A stretch of 64,000 nucleotides of DNA, taken from assembly GCA_030141605.1 (NCBI GenBank), contig JAQGDQ010001077.1, positions 850-64,849 on the forward strand. The letters are read 5' to 3'. Origin of the DNA: Tubiluchus corallicola. Lineage: Eukaryota; Animalia; Priapulida. Each line of letters opens with the position of its first letter. Position 1 is the first letter of the stretch. The position numbers were made by a program, and so were the translations under genes. Shown here piece by piece: positions 14,217-27,526 of the stretch. The notes under the pieces are model-generated. The model ran no database searches, was not told where the DNA came from, and saw only the letters and a program-made list of their open reading frames with translations.

Positions 14217-15195
14217 TTCAATCAATTTATCAATCAATTTATTTCACTCGAGCAATACGTATACAATACATCAACACACAATATTATTGAAACAAAAAGA
14301 AACGGTATAGGTAAAAAAACGTTGATGAAGTCAAATTAACCAAATAAAAGAGTTGCTGTATGACACCTTGAAAGCTTGGCTTGTTAGGGTGGCACAAATG
14401 AAAGAATGGTTAGGGTTAGTAGACATGATGAAATGGAAAGAAAATAGTAAGATTAGGGATAGGAAGAAGGAAGGGAGGGGAGGATGAGTGAATGAAAGAA
14501 TGGTTAGGGTTAGTAGACATGATGGAATGGAAAAAATAGTAAGATTAGGGATAGGAAGAAGGAAGGGAGGGGAGGATGAGTGAATGAAAGAACGGTTAGT
14601 GTTAGTAGACATGATGGAATGGAAAAAAATAGTAAGATTAGGGATAGGAAGAAGGAAAAGAGGGGAGGATGAGTGAATGAAAGAATGGTAAGGGTTAGTA
14701 GACATGATGGAATGGAAAAAATAGTAAGATTAGGGATAGGAAGAAGGAAGGGAGGGGAGGATGAGTGAATGAAAGAATGGTTAGTGTTAGTAGACATGAT
14801 GGAATGGAAAGAAAATAGTAAGATTAGGGATAGGAAGAAGGAAGGGAGGGGACGATGAGTTAATGAAAGAACGGTTAGTGTTAGTAGACATGATGGAATG
14901 GAAAGAAAATAGTAAGATTAGGGATAGGAAGAAGGAAGGGAGGGGAGGATGAGTGAATGAAAGAACGGTTAGTGTTAGTAGACATGATGGAATGGAAAAA
15001 AATAGTGAGATTAGTGATAGGAAGAAGGAAAAGAGGAGAAGAAACGACCACAGTGTATGTTTAATTTACATAGAGGTATATTAAAATAGCATTATAATTG
15101 ATTGGAGGCCATATATTGCAACTGCATGATGTTGTGGCTATTATTAAAGAACTTGAGCACCACAATCAAATAATTGTAGTAAAGATGCGAGTGTG
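14217..15195 (-). mobile_element. LINE 3' end remnant carrying an internal minisatellite
   Basis: Minus strand: aataaattgattgataaattgattgaa tail at about 14217-14245, stem-loop ccaccctaacaagccaagctttcaaggtg at about 14362-14392, pyrimidine-rich UTR. Confidence 0.5.
14397..15040. repeat. 92-94 bp purine-rich minisatellite, ~7 copies
   Basis: Unit aatgaaagaatggttagggttagtagacatgatggaatggaaaaaatagtaagattagggataggaagaaggaagggaggggaggatgagtg. Confidence 0.95.
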
Positions 15196-15903
15196 AGCAA
15201 GTGTCACCATAATCTCCGCCAGATGTAGCTGCGGTGTTTAACAGCAGTGAGATCCTTCCATCACGGTCCCACCTTCTTATTGTTTATAGTTTAACTAAAT
15301 TGAAAGATCAGACAATAAAGAAAAAAACTTTATACATCCTGGAAATAAATAAGTCGTTCTTGATTTCGCCGCTGACAAGAGCACAATGTAAAATCAAGCG
15401 AGAAGAGATGAAACTCGATTAAAGGCGTTGCCATGGCGACAGACACCTAGTAATAATTAAGCTTTTATGCCGATTTGTCGAGCTAAGTGAGATCAAAAAC
15501 CTGAGGTTATTAGAGTGTTATTACATTATTCCTGGCAGAATGTTAAAACATGTTTCAACGGCAGTGCCTCGGTAATAATGTCGTCTGTAATTAAACAAAC
15601 TTCGCCTTAAATTTGATTTACTAGCCACTCGGCGGGAATGTTTGTTGTTCCGTGATAAGACTAGCCGGAAGGAGTTGCACGAAACAATTTAATAAAGAGA
15701 AATTGCCCTTTAAGGTTCTTTTGCGTTTGCTTTTTCATTAGTAGTGATTGCTTTTTATTTAATCCCGGCGCTTTAGGTAAATAATTAATGTTCATATGTC
15801 CATTTGGCGCATTCTCAAAGTGTTGCCAATTATATATTGGTTACTTTGAAAATCGGAAGCTTTATTTTTTCATTTAAAGGGGAAAACAGAATTTTAAAAT
15901 ATT

Positions 15904-16446
15904 TCCCAAAAAACTTTCCACACTTAACATAGGGCTTATCTGTTAGAAAGATATTATGACGTTACGATTTGAAATGTTCGCGCCAACTGGTGTGACGTCA
16001 CAGTTTCACTATCCCAAAAAACCTTCCACTCTTAACATTGGGCATATCTGTTAGAAAGATATTTTCACGTTACGATTTGAAATGTTCGCGCCAACTGGTG
16101 TGACGTCACAGTTTCACTATCCCAAAAAACTTTCCACACTTAACATAGGGCTTATCTGTTAGAAAGATATTATGACGTTACGATTTGAAATGTTCGCGCC
16201 AACTGGTGTGACGTCACAGTTTCACTGTCCCAAAAAACCTTCCACTCTTAACATTGGGCATATCTGTTAGAAAGATATTTTCACGTTACGATTTGTAATG
16301 TTCGCGCCAACTGGTGTGACGTCACAGTTTCACTATCCCAAAAAACTTTCCACACTTAACATTGGGCTTATCTGTTAGAAAGATATTATGACGTTACAGT
16401 TTGAAATGTTCGCGCCAACTGGTGTGACGTCACAGTTTCACTATCC
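15904..16446. repeat. 108-bp minisatellite, 5 copies, alternating A/B variants
   Basis: cccaaaaaa at 15905, 16013, 16121, 16229, 16337. Confidence 0.96.
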
Positions 16447-17904
16447 CGTTGTGCACTAAAAACGTCACTGGCTCACCAGAAACCATTATTGATTCACTTA
16501 TCAAAGTAAAGTGATTTACACAGTTGCTTAGTTGCCGATGACTGCACTACGAATGTTCTGATTACTTTTTGAACTTTAATTAGGCGTTTCTTATCTGAGC
16601 TTGCTTCATGCTCAGCGACTGGCCGTTAAAATGCCTAACAGCCAGAGCGGGAGTTTAAATTTACAAGTTTTATACAGCGTTACTACCAATGCAAGCTTTG
16701 TGTGCAGTAACAAAGCATGTAAGTAAGTGATGGAAAATTTCAAGACGAATTTTTAAGTTTCATGTAGGAAGTTTCCTGCAGTTTAAGTTAATGTTGAATG
16801 TAGAGTGCACAATGAACATTTATCCACGAAAACTGTTAACGATATTTTGGCCACGTAATCGATAATCACGTAATTTTTTTTTGTTCTCGTGTAATGATAA
16901 TTTAGCGAATTGTAGCTAACATTGTCTGATAAAGAGTATTGCAAACTTTACTCGGGGGGGGGGGTGCATTTGTAACGAATGTACCTATCGGTTTCTTTAC
17001 TTTAGTAACATGGAGTAAGATAAAGAAAGTCGTATTTTATATATTTTGGGATCTGTGGAATACTAGTGGGAAGGATTACAATATTATCACCTGATCGTGA
17101 CATTTTTGTGCTTTGTTACTTCCTGGGCAGCTTTCAGTCATGATAATGAGTCACAGCGCTGATCAAGAAGAAATGAATGGTTATGGCGAGTCATAGATGC
17201 AGGTTATGGCGAGTCATAGATGCATTTGTGGCGTGAAATACAGTTTTTTAACGCGCGAGTATTTTATATTCTGTCGGCGTGCATATGACGCTGGAGATTT
17301 GAATCTGTCCTTTTCAAAATGATTCTCTTCGTTGGCGAAGTCGTGATCCGGGTTTATCGTCGCCTCACGGAGGGAAATCTGATATTTACGCTGAAGTGTG
17401 CAATCATCTAGTTATTCTCTACCCTAAGTAGGACAAACGTTCAAATTGCCCTCAACTCGATATTATGCATTAAGCATAGTAATGCGTGTAGTGTGATGAG
17501 CGAGTCCTCAATATGACATTATGAAGTATGACGTTCTGCTTATATGGGCTGCGATTATTCAAGCGACTTAAATAGGACATATGTTGCTGCAACAGCTTCC
17601 TGAAACCTGAACGAGTCAATAACATTGCAGCTATTCGAAATAAGATGTAAATTGTGCCATATTATTCTGTAATTATAGCTCGATAATGATCGCTATTCAC
17701 CGATGACCGCTCGGTGGTCATCTAAATGGTCAAAATGTTTTACTTTTGTCTCATTGTAGTTAACAACGTGGTAAATTGAATTTTTATCATTACTTCTCAA
17801 GCACTCATATTTGATTGTAATTTCGTGCCTCTCGCGCACACGCTGGAAACACGTGACATTATTGTTTTTTGTACTCCTGGGCTTGCGCTTACATTCAAAA
17901 TTGT

Positions 17905-18290
17905 TTATGTCATAAGTCATAAGTCATTTATTTCACATTGCACATTTACAATAGTTTCATGTACAATATCTAGTGAAAGGGCCTACAATGAACGTAATAC
18001 AAATAAGAAATACTGCACAGGAAAAGCCTCAAACACTGTTCACCTATATACAAATGTAAATGTGTTGTGGGCAATCAAAAGCAGGGTTTGTTAGATTGTC
18101 CCCCACAGTGAAAGAAAAAAAGTAATGGAGATAATCTGAAAATTTAAAATGAACGGATAAAGAAAACATTTAGTACTTAAAATAGAATGATGTAATGAAT
18201 GAAGCTCATGTGTGAGATGATATAAAAGATAGAAAGACCATTATTTGTTAATAGCATATAAAATTAAGATAACTTGATTAAGATAACACC
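17905..18290 (-). mobile_element. LINE/SINE 3'UTR remnant
   Basis: Minus strand: aataaatgacttatgacttatgac tail, and stem-loop gtgggggacaatctaacaaaccctgcttttgattgcccac at about 18068-18108. Confidence 0.5.
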
Positions 18291-18873
18291 ACTGTTTTGC
18301 TACAAATGTGAGGATGGATACTGATAGAAATTTTGATTACTCACTGATACTTACTTAAAGTTTGATTTTTGAGCTCACCCGCTTTTTGTGACACGTGTAG
18401 GAAATTTTTGATAGAATATTCAAAAGACACTCACCCTTCTTGTCCCGTATTATTTCATTATATTTTTGCTGTCATGTTTTTGTCGTCAATGACCAACTTA
18501 AGCAGCTTATAGGTCTAAGCAGGAGCAGGTTAAGTTGTGACGTAGGCAACTAAACGTCTTGGGGACCTATAGACTTTCATCTGGAAGAAGCCCAGCTGGT
18601 AACTATAAATAGCAAAATTCTTCGTATTAGACATTCGTTAACGTATGAATCTCTTGAAAAGCTGTGCTTTCGTGATTATATTTAATGGTTAAGCATTACT
18701 GAAACACAAGCTAATAATTATTATGCATAAAATCCTTTCATTGCAATACATTTGGACTGAAGCTTTTTTTTAAAGTTTCACGTACACAATTTGTAGCAGG
18801 AGTATTTTTATTTTTATTTTCTGTCTTTTAACTTGCACATATTAAACTCTCTTCGTTGTAAGCTGATGGCGTA

Positions 18874-19631
18874 TTACTCACAAATAACACACTGTTACTC
18901 ACAAATAACACACTGTTACTCACAAATAACACGCTGTTACTCACAAATAACACGCTGTTACTCACAAATAACACGCTGTTACTCACAAATAACACGCTGT
19001 TACTCACAAATAACACGCTGTTACTCACAAATAACACGCTGTTACTCACAAATAAGACGCTGTTACTCACAAATAACACGCTGTTACTCACAAATAACAC
19101 ACTGTTACTCACAAATAACACGCTGTTACTCACAAATAACACGCTGTTACTCACAAATAACACACTGTTACTCACAAATAGCACGATGTTACTCACAAAT
19201 AACACACTGTTACTCACAAATAACACACTGTTACTCACAAATAACACGCTGTTACTCACAAATAACACACTGTTACTCACAAATAACACACTGTTACTCA
19301 CAAATAACATGCTGTTACTCACAAATAACACACTGTTACTCACAAATAACACGCTGTTACTGACAAATAACACACTGTTACTCACAAATAACACGCTGTT
19401 ACTCACAAATAACACGCTGTTACTCACAAATAACACACTGTTACTCACAAATAACACGCTGTTACTCACAAATAACACGCTGTTACTCACAAATAACACG
19501 CTGTTACTCACAAATAACACGCTGTTACTCACAAATAACACGCTGTTACTCACAAATAACACGCTGTTACTCACAAATAACACGCTGTTACTCACAAATA
19601 ACACGCTGTTACTCACAAATAACACGCTGTT
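18874..19631. repeat. 21-bp minisatellite, 36 copies
   Basis: Unit ttactcacaaataacacRctg. Confidence 0.98.
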
Positions 19632-20378
19632 CAAATGGTGTTTATAGTTGACGGTTACTTGTACGTTTTCAATCGAGCAACGGATTAAGGATGTGTGTAT
19701 TTGGTCCGGATGTAGGAAGACGATTTTTATGTCTTCCGTAAACGATAAGTTTACATTACGTTAGTGTGACACAGTAGGCGTTGCAATCGACCTTGTTTAG
19801 AATTTAGAAAGATGGCATGTCAGAGTTCAAGTTGCCTTACATCGTGTTGGAATCGGTAGAATGTATCGTGGGTTAACAAAATACGTGGCGATAATTAATA
19901 GTATTTTTCTCAAATCTGTAAGCAACCTTGCGCTGAATCTATAATAAAGTTGATTTGAATTGAATTGATAATTTCATTAGTGAAGTATTATTATAAGTTT
20001 AGCAATAAAGTGTCTTCGATGTTACGTCTAGTCAACGTTCTACGTCGGTTTTTCTTTACGAGAGTCGCGAGTTTTTAGGAAAACTTCGAATCATTTAAGA
20101 TTTTTTAAGTTTTCTAATAATTTCACCGTTTTGGGGCAGATTTTAAAAACAAATTTACTTATTGGAATCGAAATCTGGCCCAGCAGTCGTAAAGCTGAAT
20201 GCTATATACTACACCAACGTGAATTTGCTACTGAATCTAATGCTATCCGCAGCTTCCATCACTGCCTGACCTTTCTTGTCACGTGGTTAGCCAGATTGTG
20301 TATAATCTAGGTCTGTCGTATCACGCATTGCTCCTGTGGCGGTATTACTACAGTTATGTAACTTTGTTCACAAGAACG

Positions 20379-20576
<198 letters not shown>

Positions 20577-21025
20577 GTGAGTTTATTTCGTATAAAAATA
20601 TACAGCTTACAAAGACAAAGATGTTTGTAAAACAGGTAATACGATGTTAGTAAAGTAACATATCTACAGACATTCAACTTTATAATAACCACACATTGCA
20701 GTACCCTTGTGATTATATTACGTTATACAGTGTTGTAAGGAGCTATAATAAATATCTTAAAACATAATCTTTAAATGAGTTCTTAACCTTCAATTTTACA
20801 TTTTCATTTGGATCTACAGTACAACCATATTTAAATCTTAAATTTACTTGACTGTTATTTACATAGTAGCATAGCTTTGGAATTCTCAATGTGCAAGAGT
20901 TTACAATTTTTCTCACAAAGTTTAATTTTCGACTATCTATTAAATAATTCGCAGGCATTGTGCCACAAAAATACATTAACAATTTGACGCTTTCATTTTG
21001 TCGCAAATCGAATATTTTTCTTCTG
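20577..21025 (-). mobile_element. 5'-truncated RTEX/CR1-group LINE 3' fragment
   Basis: Minus ORF RRKIFDLRQNESVKLLMYFCGTMPANYLIDSRKLNF resembles the RKIF...ESVK...CG.LP.....RKL.F end of RTEX-type ORFs; then UTR, aataaa, (TAA)n. Confidence 0.65.
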
Positions 21026-21520
21026 ACACAGGAGTTTTAACAAGACTATGACAGTTTGGTGTCAAAAATTTAGCACAGTACGGAGTTGTGGAATAATTCC
21101 GCGATTAATCTAGATTCTAAATTATACAGAGCTTGACTTGCAAACGGTAAACCAAAGAGTTTGTTTAAATTCTAGGCGCAGTGTCAACTCTTCTATCTTC
21201 CATATCAGAGTAACAGAGTTGCCAAAATAACCTACGGGCAACGAATAGTCGAAAATGGTCTTTCAAAAGAACACGCCACAACTTCTTGAACGACGTAGTC
21301 GACCATTTAAACATTTTGAGCTAAATCGTACTTCTAGATTGTGAAGTGTAAGTCCAGGCAGAAAGAAAATGCAGTTTAATTCGGGCCGGAATGAAGGTGC
21401 CATCCGTTGTCGTGTAGTCGGAAACACAGAAGAGAAAATACATTAAAAAATATAGAAAAATATACAGATTTACTTTGTTCAAGAAGTTATGGTGCATTCT
21501 TTTTGAGTGCAAATATTCGT

Positions 21521-21794
21521 ATGGAGTGTAAACTTTTGCACCACCCCTACTGTACCATTTGTTAAACCTAATATAAAGCTAATATATAATAACCTAATCT
21601 ATATCACTTCTAGTGTAATAAGCGCGTGAAGTACCTTGTAAACGTAGACTTCTAAAATGGAGTGTAAACTTTTGCACCACCCTTACTGTACCATTTGTTA
21701 AACCTAATATAAAGCTAATATATAATAACCTAATCTATATCACTTCTAGTGTAATAAGCACGTGAAATACCTTTTAAACGTAGACTTCTAAAAT
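21521..21794. repeat. 136-bp tandem duplication (2 copies)
   Basis: atggagtgtaaacttttgcacc at 21521 and 21657. Confidence 0.95.
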
Positions 21795-22002
21795 TTACAA
21801 TAATTAGTTGATTACTAAATATAAAAATACTTGAAATTAAATTAAATTATGGATTTTATGCTGGTTTTCAGTCCTTGTGTATTCCTGGCATACGCTTCAT
21901 TTCCATTATTGCACGTACGGCTTGGCATTAAAGCAGCTAATTTCTGATTGTTGGAAACCGTGTAGAACTAGTGAAGTCTTGTCTAGTGGATGACGTCGCT
22001 TA

Positions 22003-22595
22003 TAGGGGAGACCCGGGTAAAGTGGATCACTGGGCAAAGCGGATCAAATGTGTTTGCTCTTTTTTCCGTAAGGCGTCGCGGTCTACGCACTGTGTGATGC
22101 TGCGTCATCATCTACTGTGTACTCTGCATAAATGACCTCGACCTTTGCAAAGTTTGTCTAAGCGCGGTACACAAAAGTAAGTTTTTCACCCACTTTCTTG
22201 CGATTTTTCACTTTTATAGATCATGATGATAAATTCCACTTAGTGCAGATTTATTCGCAACCGTTTTTACATATGATGGATGGTTCACTGCTGCTTCATA
22301 TCAATTTATTTTTGCAAAATAAACAAAATCCATTTAAAAGATATTGTTAGTTATGTTGAGCTCAACCGCTCCGGTATGATCCACTAAGCCCGTAAAAGAT
22401 CCACTTCGCCCTAGAAATTTTGGTTTCGTATTTCGGAATTATCTGTTAAACGAGTAATAGTAATTATAAGTTTTTACCACAGGAATATAGCAGAGTTTCC
22501 TACGGAAGAATAGGGCATGTAATTGATTGTTACAGATCAAACGTCTTAAACTCTATGAGCGAAAACCCTTAAGTGATCCACTTTACCCGGGTCTC
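22003..22595. mobile_element. MITE with 24-bp perfect TIRs (Tc1/mariner-pogo-like, TA at left end)
   Basis: gagacccgggtaaagtggatcact (22008-22031) and agtgatccactttacccgggtctc (22572-22595); left end TA|GGGGAG; internal gatccact sub-repeats; right end lacks the last Cs. Confidence 0.85.
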
Positions 22596-23009
22596 ATAAT
22601 TTAAATGGCAACATGCATTCGAAAACGAAAAATTGCCCCTGTCGAAATTCACCTGATCCATTTATTATCCAGCTTGAGCTAAACGTTAACATGGCAACAT
22701 GCGGCGTGTCACCTTTGCTATTAATCAGACGGCCGATGATAAAACACAGGAATCACTCTTTCGTCTAAGTGCCTGCAGAATTTGATATGCAGTCCGTGGA
22801 CTTTAGAAACATATAAATTTTGTAAGTCATCAGTTGGCGTCCGTGGTCTGTTTTGCTGGATAAGTGGTTTCATTTAAGAGCAAATGCCACTTGTTTAGAA
22901 TCCTACAATGATGTCTGTATAAAGCGCTAAAACAATTACATATGCGCGCGTGCGTGTGTGCGTGCGTACGTGCGTGCGTGCGTGCGCGTGGAAGTAAAAT
23001 CTCGAGTTT

Positions 23010-23370
23010 TTATAATCCTTATAAATAAAATGTCCGTTCTTCGTCAACGTCTCATTTCATCTGTTGTAGACTTTGAGGCATTAACATTTATTAGAGTATT
23101 CCACCCACTTCTATCTGCAGCTAACAGCCTAAGTTCCTCTTTTCCTAAAGGTAAATTTGGTTGAAATTGTTGAAAATCTTTATTTATCTTAGCTATCCAA
23201 GTTGTTTTTTTGTCTGCCAGGTGGTTTATTGCAAGGTTTTAAGGCTTCCTATAAGGCGATTCTTACTGTGTTTCACAAGGTGCCCTAGCCATCTTAATCT
23301 TTGGATCTTGACTTTTGAGCTCCAAGGAACTTCTTTCGTTGTAGTGTATAAATCTTCAATGATGATTTAC
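23010..23370 (-). mobile_element. RTE-clade LINE 3' fragment (pseudogenised ORF C-terminus)
   Basis: Minus strand reads EDLYTTTKEVPWSSKVKIQRLRWLGHL...KPPGRQKTTWIAKINKDF...LLAADRSGWNTL, i.e. the RLRWLGH / GRxxxTW / A.DR..W motifs of RTE. Confidence 0.85.
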
Positions 23371-24284
23371 GTTTATTTTTGACATGTGCTAAAGCAGTGT
23401 GTTGATGGCTAGAACATTATGACGATTATGAACATTGTGACGAAATAACATGCGTAATAATAAAATGTGCAGGTCAAAACATGCCATATTTGCCAGAGAA
23501 GTAGGGCATTTAACCCCGGATATTGAATTAAGGCACGCATTACAGAACATTCTTCCATGGAGCGATGCTTCAGTCTTGTTTTGGGGTCTCTTTAAAGAGT
23601 GTAAGTACCCAATCAATTTTTGAGATGTGCTGATTTGTTAGCTAAGAAGCCAAGCAATGCCACACCTGGTTGTAAACGAATCCTCTAAGGATGGCGTCTT
23701 AGAAGAAAAAGACATATTTGTTTGTCTCGCCCTTCGTTATTTTTTGTTCGGTCACAATATTATTTCATTTTTTGCTGAGGTAATTTTGAAAAATTTCTGC
23801 TCCCAATTTCGTTACACTATTAATCTGTGTGGCTGCAACTCATAATAAACTCGTTCCATCCATTTGCCATTGGCCCATTATCAAATGACTTGCATCCAAT
23901 ATGGACTCTGTGCTTGCTTGGCACTTGTTGGGTGATTGTGTGCAACTATTGGCTTCAATCTACTTCCCATGTATGATCAACTGATTGATCCAGCAGTATA
24001 TTGCTCCCTAACATGTCAATCTGCAACTTGTCCTTGGCCGTCTCATTATTGCTCGTGGGGGTGGCCCGCTGGTATTATTTACGCCCGCCGTTTAACCGGC
24101 TTATTAAACTCGCGAGTGCTGTGAGCAATTTGCGTGGAATCTGATCAGTCCGGATTTGTCGAAGTGTGTAGAGATTGATCGATTTGTCTGTTGTGTTTCT
24201 AGATTGACGGAAATACAGAGTTGAAGGTTTTCGTCACCTTTTCCCGCGTCCTCAAGAGCACCTGAAGGGTGACGGTGCGCAAGG

Positions 24285-24365
24285 ATGGAGCGAGGAAAAC
24301 AAGACAGGCATTTGAAGAATAAACGAGTGTTCTTTGTAATTGCTTTCACCATAATTGTCCAGAGA
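24285..24365 (+). CDS. Candidate first coding exon MERGKQDRHLKNKRVFFVIAFTIIVQR (signal/anchor-like)
   Basis: Acceptor tgttgtgtttctAG at 24201-02, strong Kozak aagATGg context (A at -3, G at +4), basic then hydrophobic stretch, weak GTAACC donor at 24366; CpG-richer upstream. Confidence 0.25.
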
Positions 24366-24472
24366 GTAACCCTTTAAACTAATTGAAGTTGAAAGCAGAA
24401 AACAAGATTTCTCAGACGAAAATCGTACCCAGAGACACATGCCGACATTGTAAAAACATGAAAAGCAATTAT

Positions 24473-25910
24473 GTCATACCAGCAACACGCTCCATTATGA
24501 CACATTCACAGACTGCAGGTGATGTCACTCACTGAAGTTCTGTTGAACACCCTGTTGATAACTAACATCTTATTAGTTTACCTAGTCACACCAGCAACAC
24601 GCTCCATTATGACACATTCACAGATTGCAGGTGATGTCACTCAGCGAAGCACTGTTGTACACCCTGTTGATAACAAACATCTTATTAGTTTACCTAGTCA
24701 CACCAGCAACACGCACCATTATGACACATTCACAGACTGCAGTCACTCACTGAGCACTGTTGTACACCCTGTTGATAACAAACATCTTATTAGTTTACCT
24801 AGTCATACCAGCAACACGCACCATTATGACACATTCACAGATTGCAGGTGATGTCACTCAGCGAAGCACTGTTGTACACCCTGTTGATAACTAACATCTT
24901 ATTAGTTTACCTGGTCACACCAGCAACACGCACCATTATGACACATTCACAGACTACAGGCGATGTCACTCACTGAAGCACTGTTGTACACCCTGTTCAT
25001 AACAAACATCTTATTAGTTTACCTAGTCACACCAGCAACACGCACCATTATGACACATTCACAGATTGCAGGTGATGTCACTCAGCGAAGTTCTGTTGTA
25101 CACCCTGTTGATAACAAACATCTTATTAGTTTACCTAGTCATACCAGCAACATGCACCATTATGACACATTCACAGACTGCAGGTGATGTCACTCACTGA
25201 AGCACTGTTGTACACCCTGTTGATAACAAACATCTTATTAGTTTACCTAGTCACACCAGCAACACGTACCATTATGACACATTCACAGACTGCAGGCGAT
25301 GTCACTCACTGAAGCACTGTTGTACACCCTGTTGATAACTAACATCTTATTAGTTTACCTAGTCACACCAGCAACACGCACCATTATGACACATTCACAG
25401 ACTGCAGTCACTCACTGAGCACTGTTGTACACCCTGTTGATAACAAACATCTTATTAGTTTACCTAGTCACACCAACAACACGCACCATTATGACACCTT
25501 CACAGATTGCAGGTGATGTCACTCAGCGAAGCACTGTTGTACACCCTGTTGATAACTAACATCTTATTAGTTTACCTGGTCACACCAGCAACACGCACCA
25601 TTATGAAACATTCACAGATTGCAGGTGATGTCACTCAGCGAAGTTCTGTTGTACACCCTGTTGATAACAAACATCTTATTAGTTTACCTAGTCATACCAG
25701 CAGCACGTACCATTATGACACCTTCACAGATTGCAGGTGATGTCACTCAGCGAAGCACTGTTGTACGCCCTGTTGATAACAAACATCTTATTTGTTTACC
25801 TAGTCACACCAGCAACACGCACCATTATGACACATTCACAGACTGCAGGTGATGTCACTCAGCGAAGCACTGGTGTACACTCTGTTGATAACAAACATCT
25901 TATTAGTTTA
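24473..25910. repeat. 112-bp minisatellite, ~13 copies (two units with a short deletion)
   Basis: ORF starts recur at 25507/25619/25731; unit cacaccagcaacacgcaccattatgacacattcacaga...cttattagtttacctagt. Confidence 0.97.
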
Positions 25911-27526
25911 TGTCCACTAGTCTCCTCCTGTGACTAGCATATGCAGAGCTAGGAATTTGATTCTCGGCGGGTCGGACTGTAAATGGTACAGTTTCAGCTC
26001 GCGTTCAGCGCTTGTATGCGCAAAAATGCTTTTGTTTCAGTTTTGAAGTTACAGTTTAATGAAGGCCACAAACACGTATTTGATAATTGTATATTTTATG
26101 TAAATATTTTAAAGCACAAGAAAACCTTCCGATTGCGTAAAGCTTAAGAAAATTTGTTTTGAAATTTTGTACCACTTACGTACTGCCTTTTTGCATACAG
26201 GGCTTGCATCGGGCGTAACACTGTATAAAACGTGTAAATTTAAACTCCCGCGATGACCGTTAGACGCAGCCATTTTGACGATAAGTCATTTGAGACAAGT
26301 TTAGATAATATTGTGTAAAGTTTGAAAAAAATAGTCAGAGCATGCGTAGCGCACTCATCACTAACTAAGTAAAATTTTTAAATTACTGTATGTCGTCAAT
26401 AAGATTAGAAATACGTTTTTTGGTTAGTGAGTGGTGCACCCTGGAGGTGAGTCAGCGACATTTTACCAATTGGTGAAATTTTTTTTAAATAATTAATAAT
26501 TTTCTTTTCTAGTTACATAAGTCGTTCCTGAAGGTAGGGGAAATGCTAAGTAATATAACTTTGCATGGGAAGTTTTTTGGGACATACTTTAACATTGTAT
26601 TTTCATTCCCTGTTTTACGTTTGTGCGTAGTGACGTCATGTAATGGCGCCGTCGGAACAGCATTGTGGGACAGCATTTAAAATGAAAACAAACAAAAAAT
26701 CATTTCAACGCGAGTACGATAAATGCATAAAATTGCTATAAAGTAGCATACTTTTCAAGGCGATTTTTCTGAAACCTACTTCCGGTACCCCTTTTCTTGT
26801 CCTTAAGTAGTTAGGATCTCACTTGCAGTTTTTTTAGTTACCCATTCCTAAATGTTACAAGCGCATCATTTAAACTTTTTTTATGTGACTGGCTTTGTTA
26901 TTTTTGCTGAAGCCAATCTTAAATTGCAAATATAAAACGCTAATGTTGAGATCCATTTATAATCTATAACCTGCTACAAGTATTTTTGCAGGAAAGTATG
27001 TGTAAGGCGGCTGTGCTGCTCGCGGATTTATCTGTATTGCGCCACTTTCATTACTTTTATTAACGGAATGAGTTGCGTAATTTAATCAAATTTTACACTT
27101 TGTTTATGCATAATAAATTCAAATTTGTTTATTTTTGCAAAAATGCTTTGCACTCTTATGTATAGAGAGTATGCATACACTAACCTAGGACTGGCAAAAT
27201 TTATTTTAAGATTGTCCTATTGTCCTCACATTGTTGACACGTAACACACAATTCGAACTGATATATTGTTGGCATTTAACACACAATTCTATCAGTTCGA
27301 TACATCTGGAATCTCCCCCTCGGTGATTAAAACACTGCTGTTGTATCTATTATATATATCTCCGGCCGCCATTCGTTCATTTTTCTAGTTATTCGGTGTC
27401 CAACATGGATGGCTTGTCAAACATTATTCAGTGTTGGTGTCTGTTAAACAAACAGAAATGATAATGCTGGGGCAGCTAATGGACTATTATTGATAACTGT
27501 GAGTTTGCACAGCTTCACTTCCTGCG

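Noticed and set aside
21907-21930. miR-92-like seed tattgcac (also in the 48155 repeat)
   Set aside because: Seed-only match; no pre-miRNA hairpin visible
23529-23550. miR-124-like start taaggcacgc
   Set aside because: Only 10 nt match; the 3' half differs and there is no complementary arm
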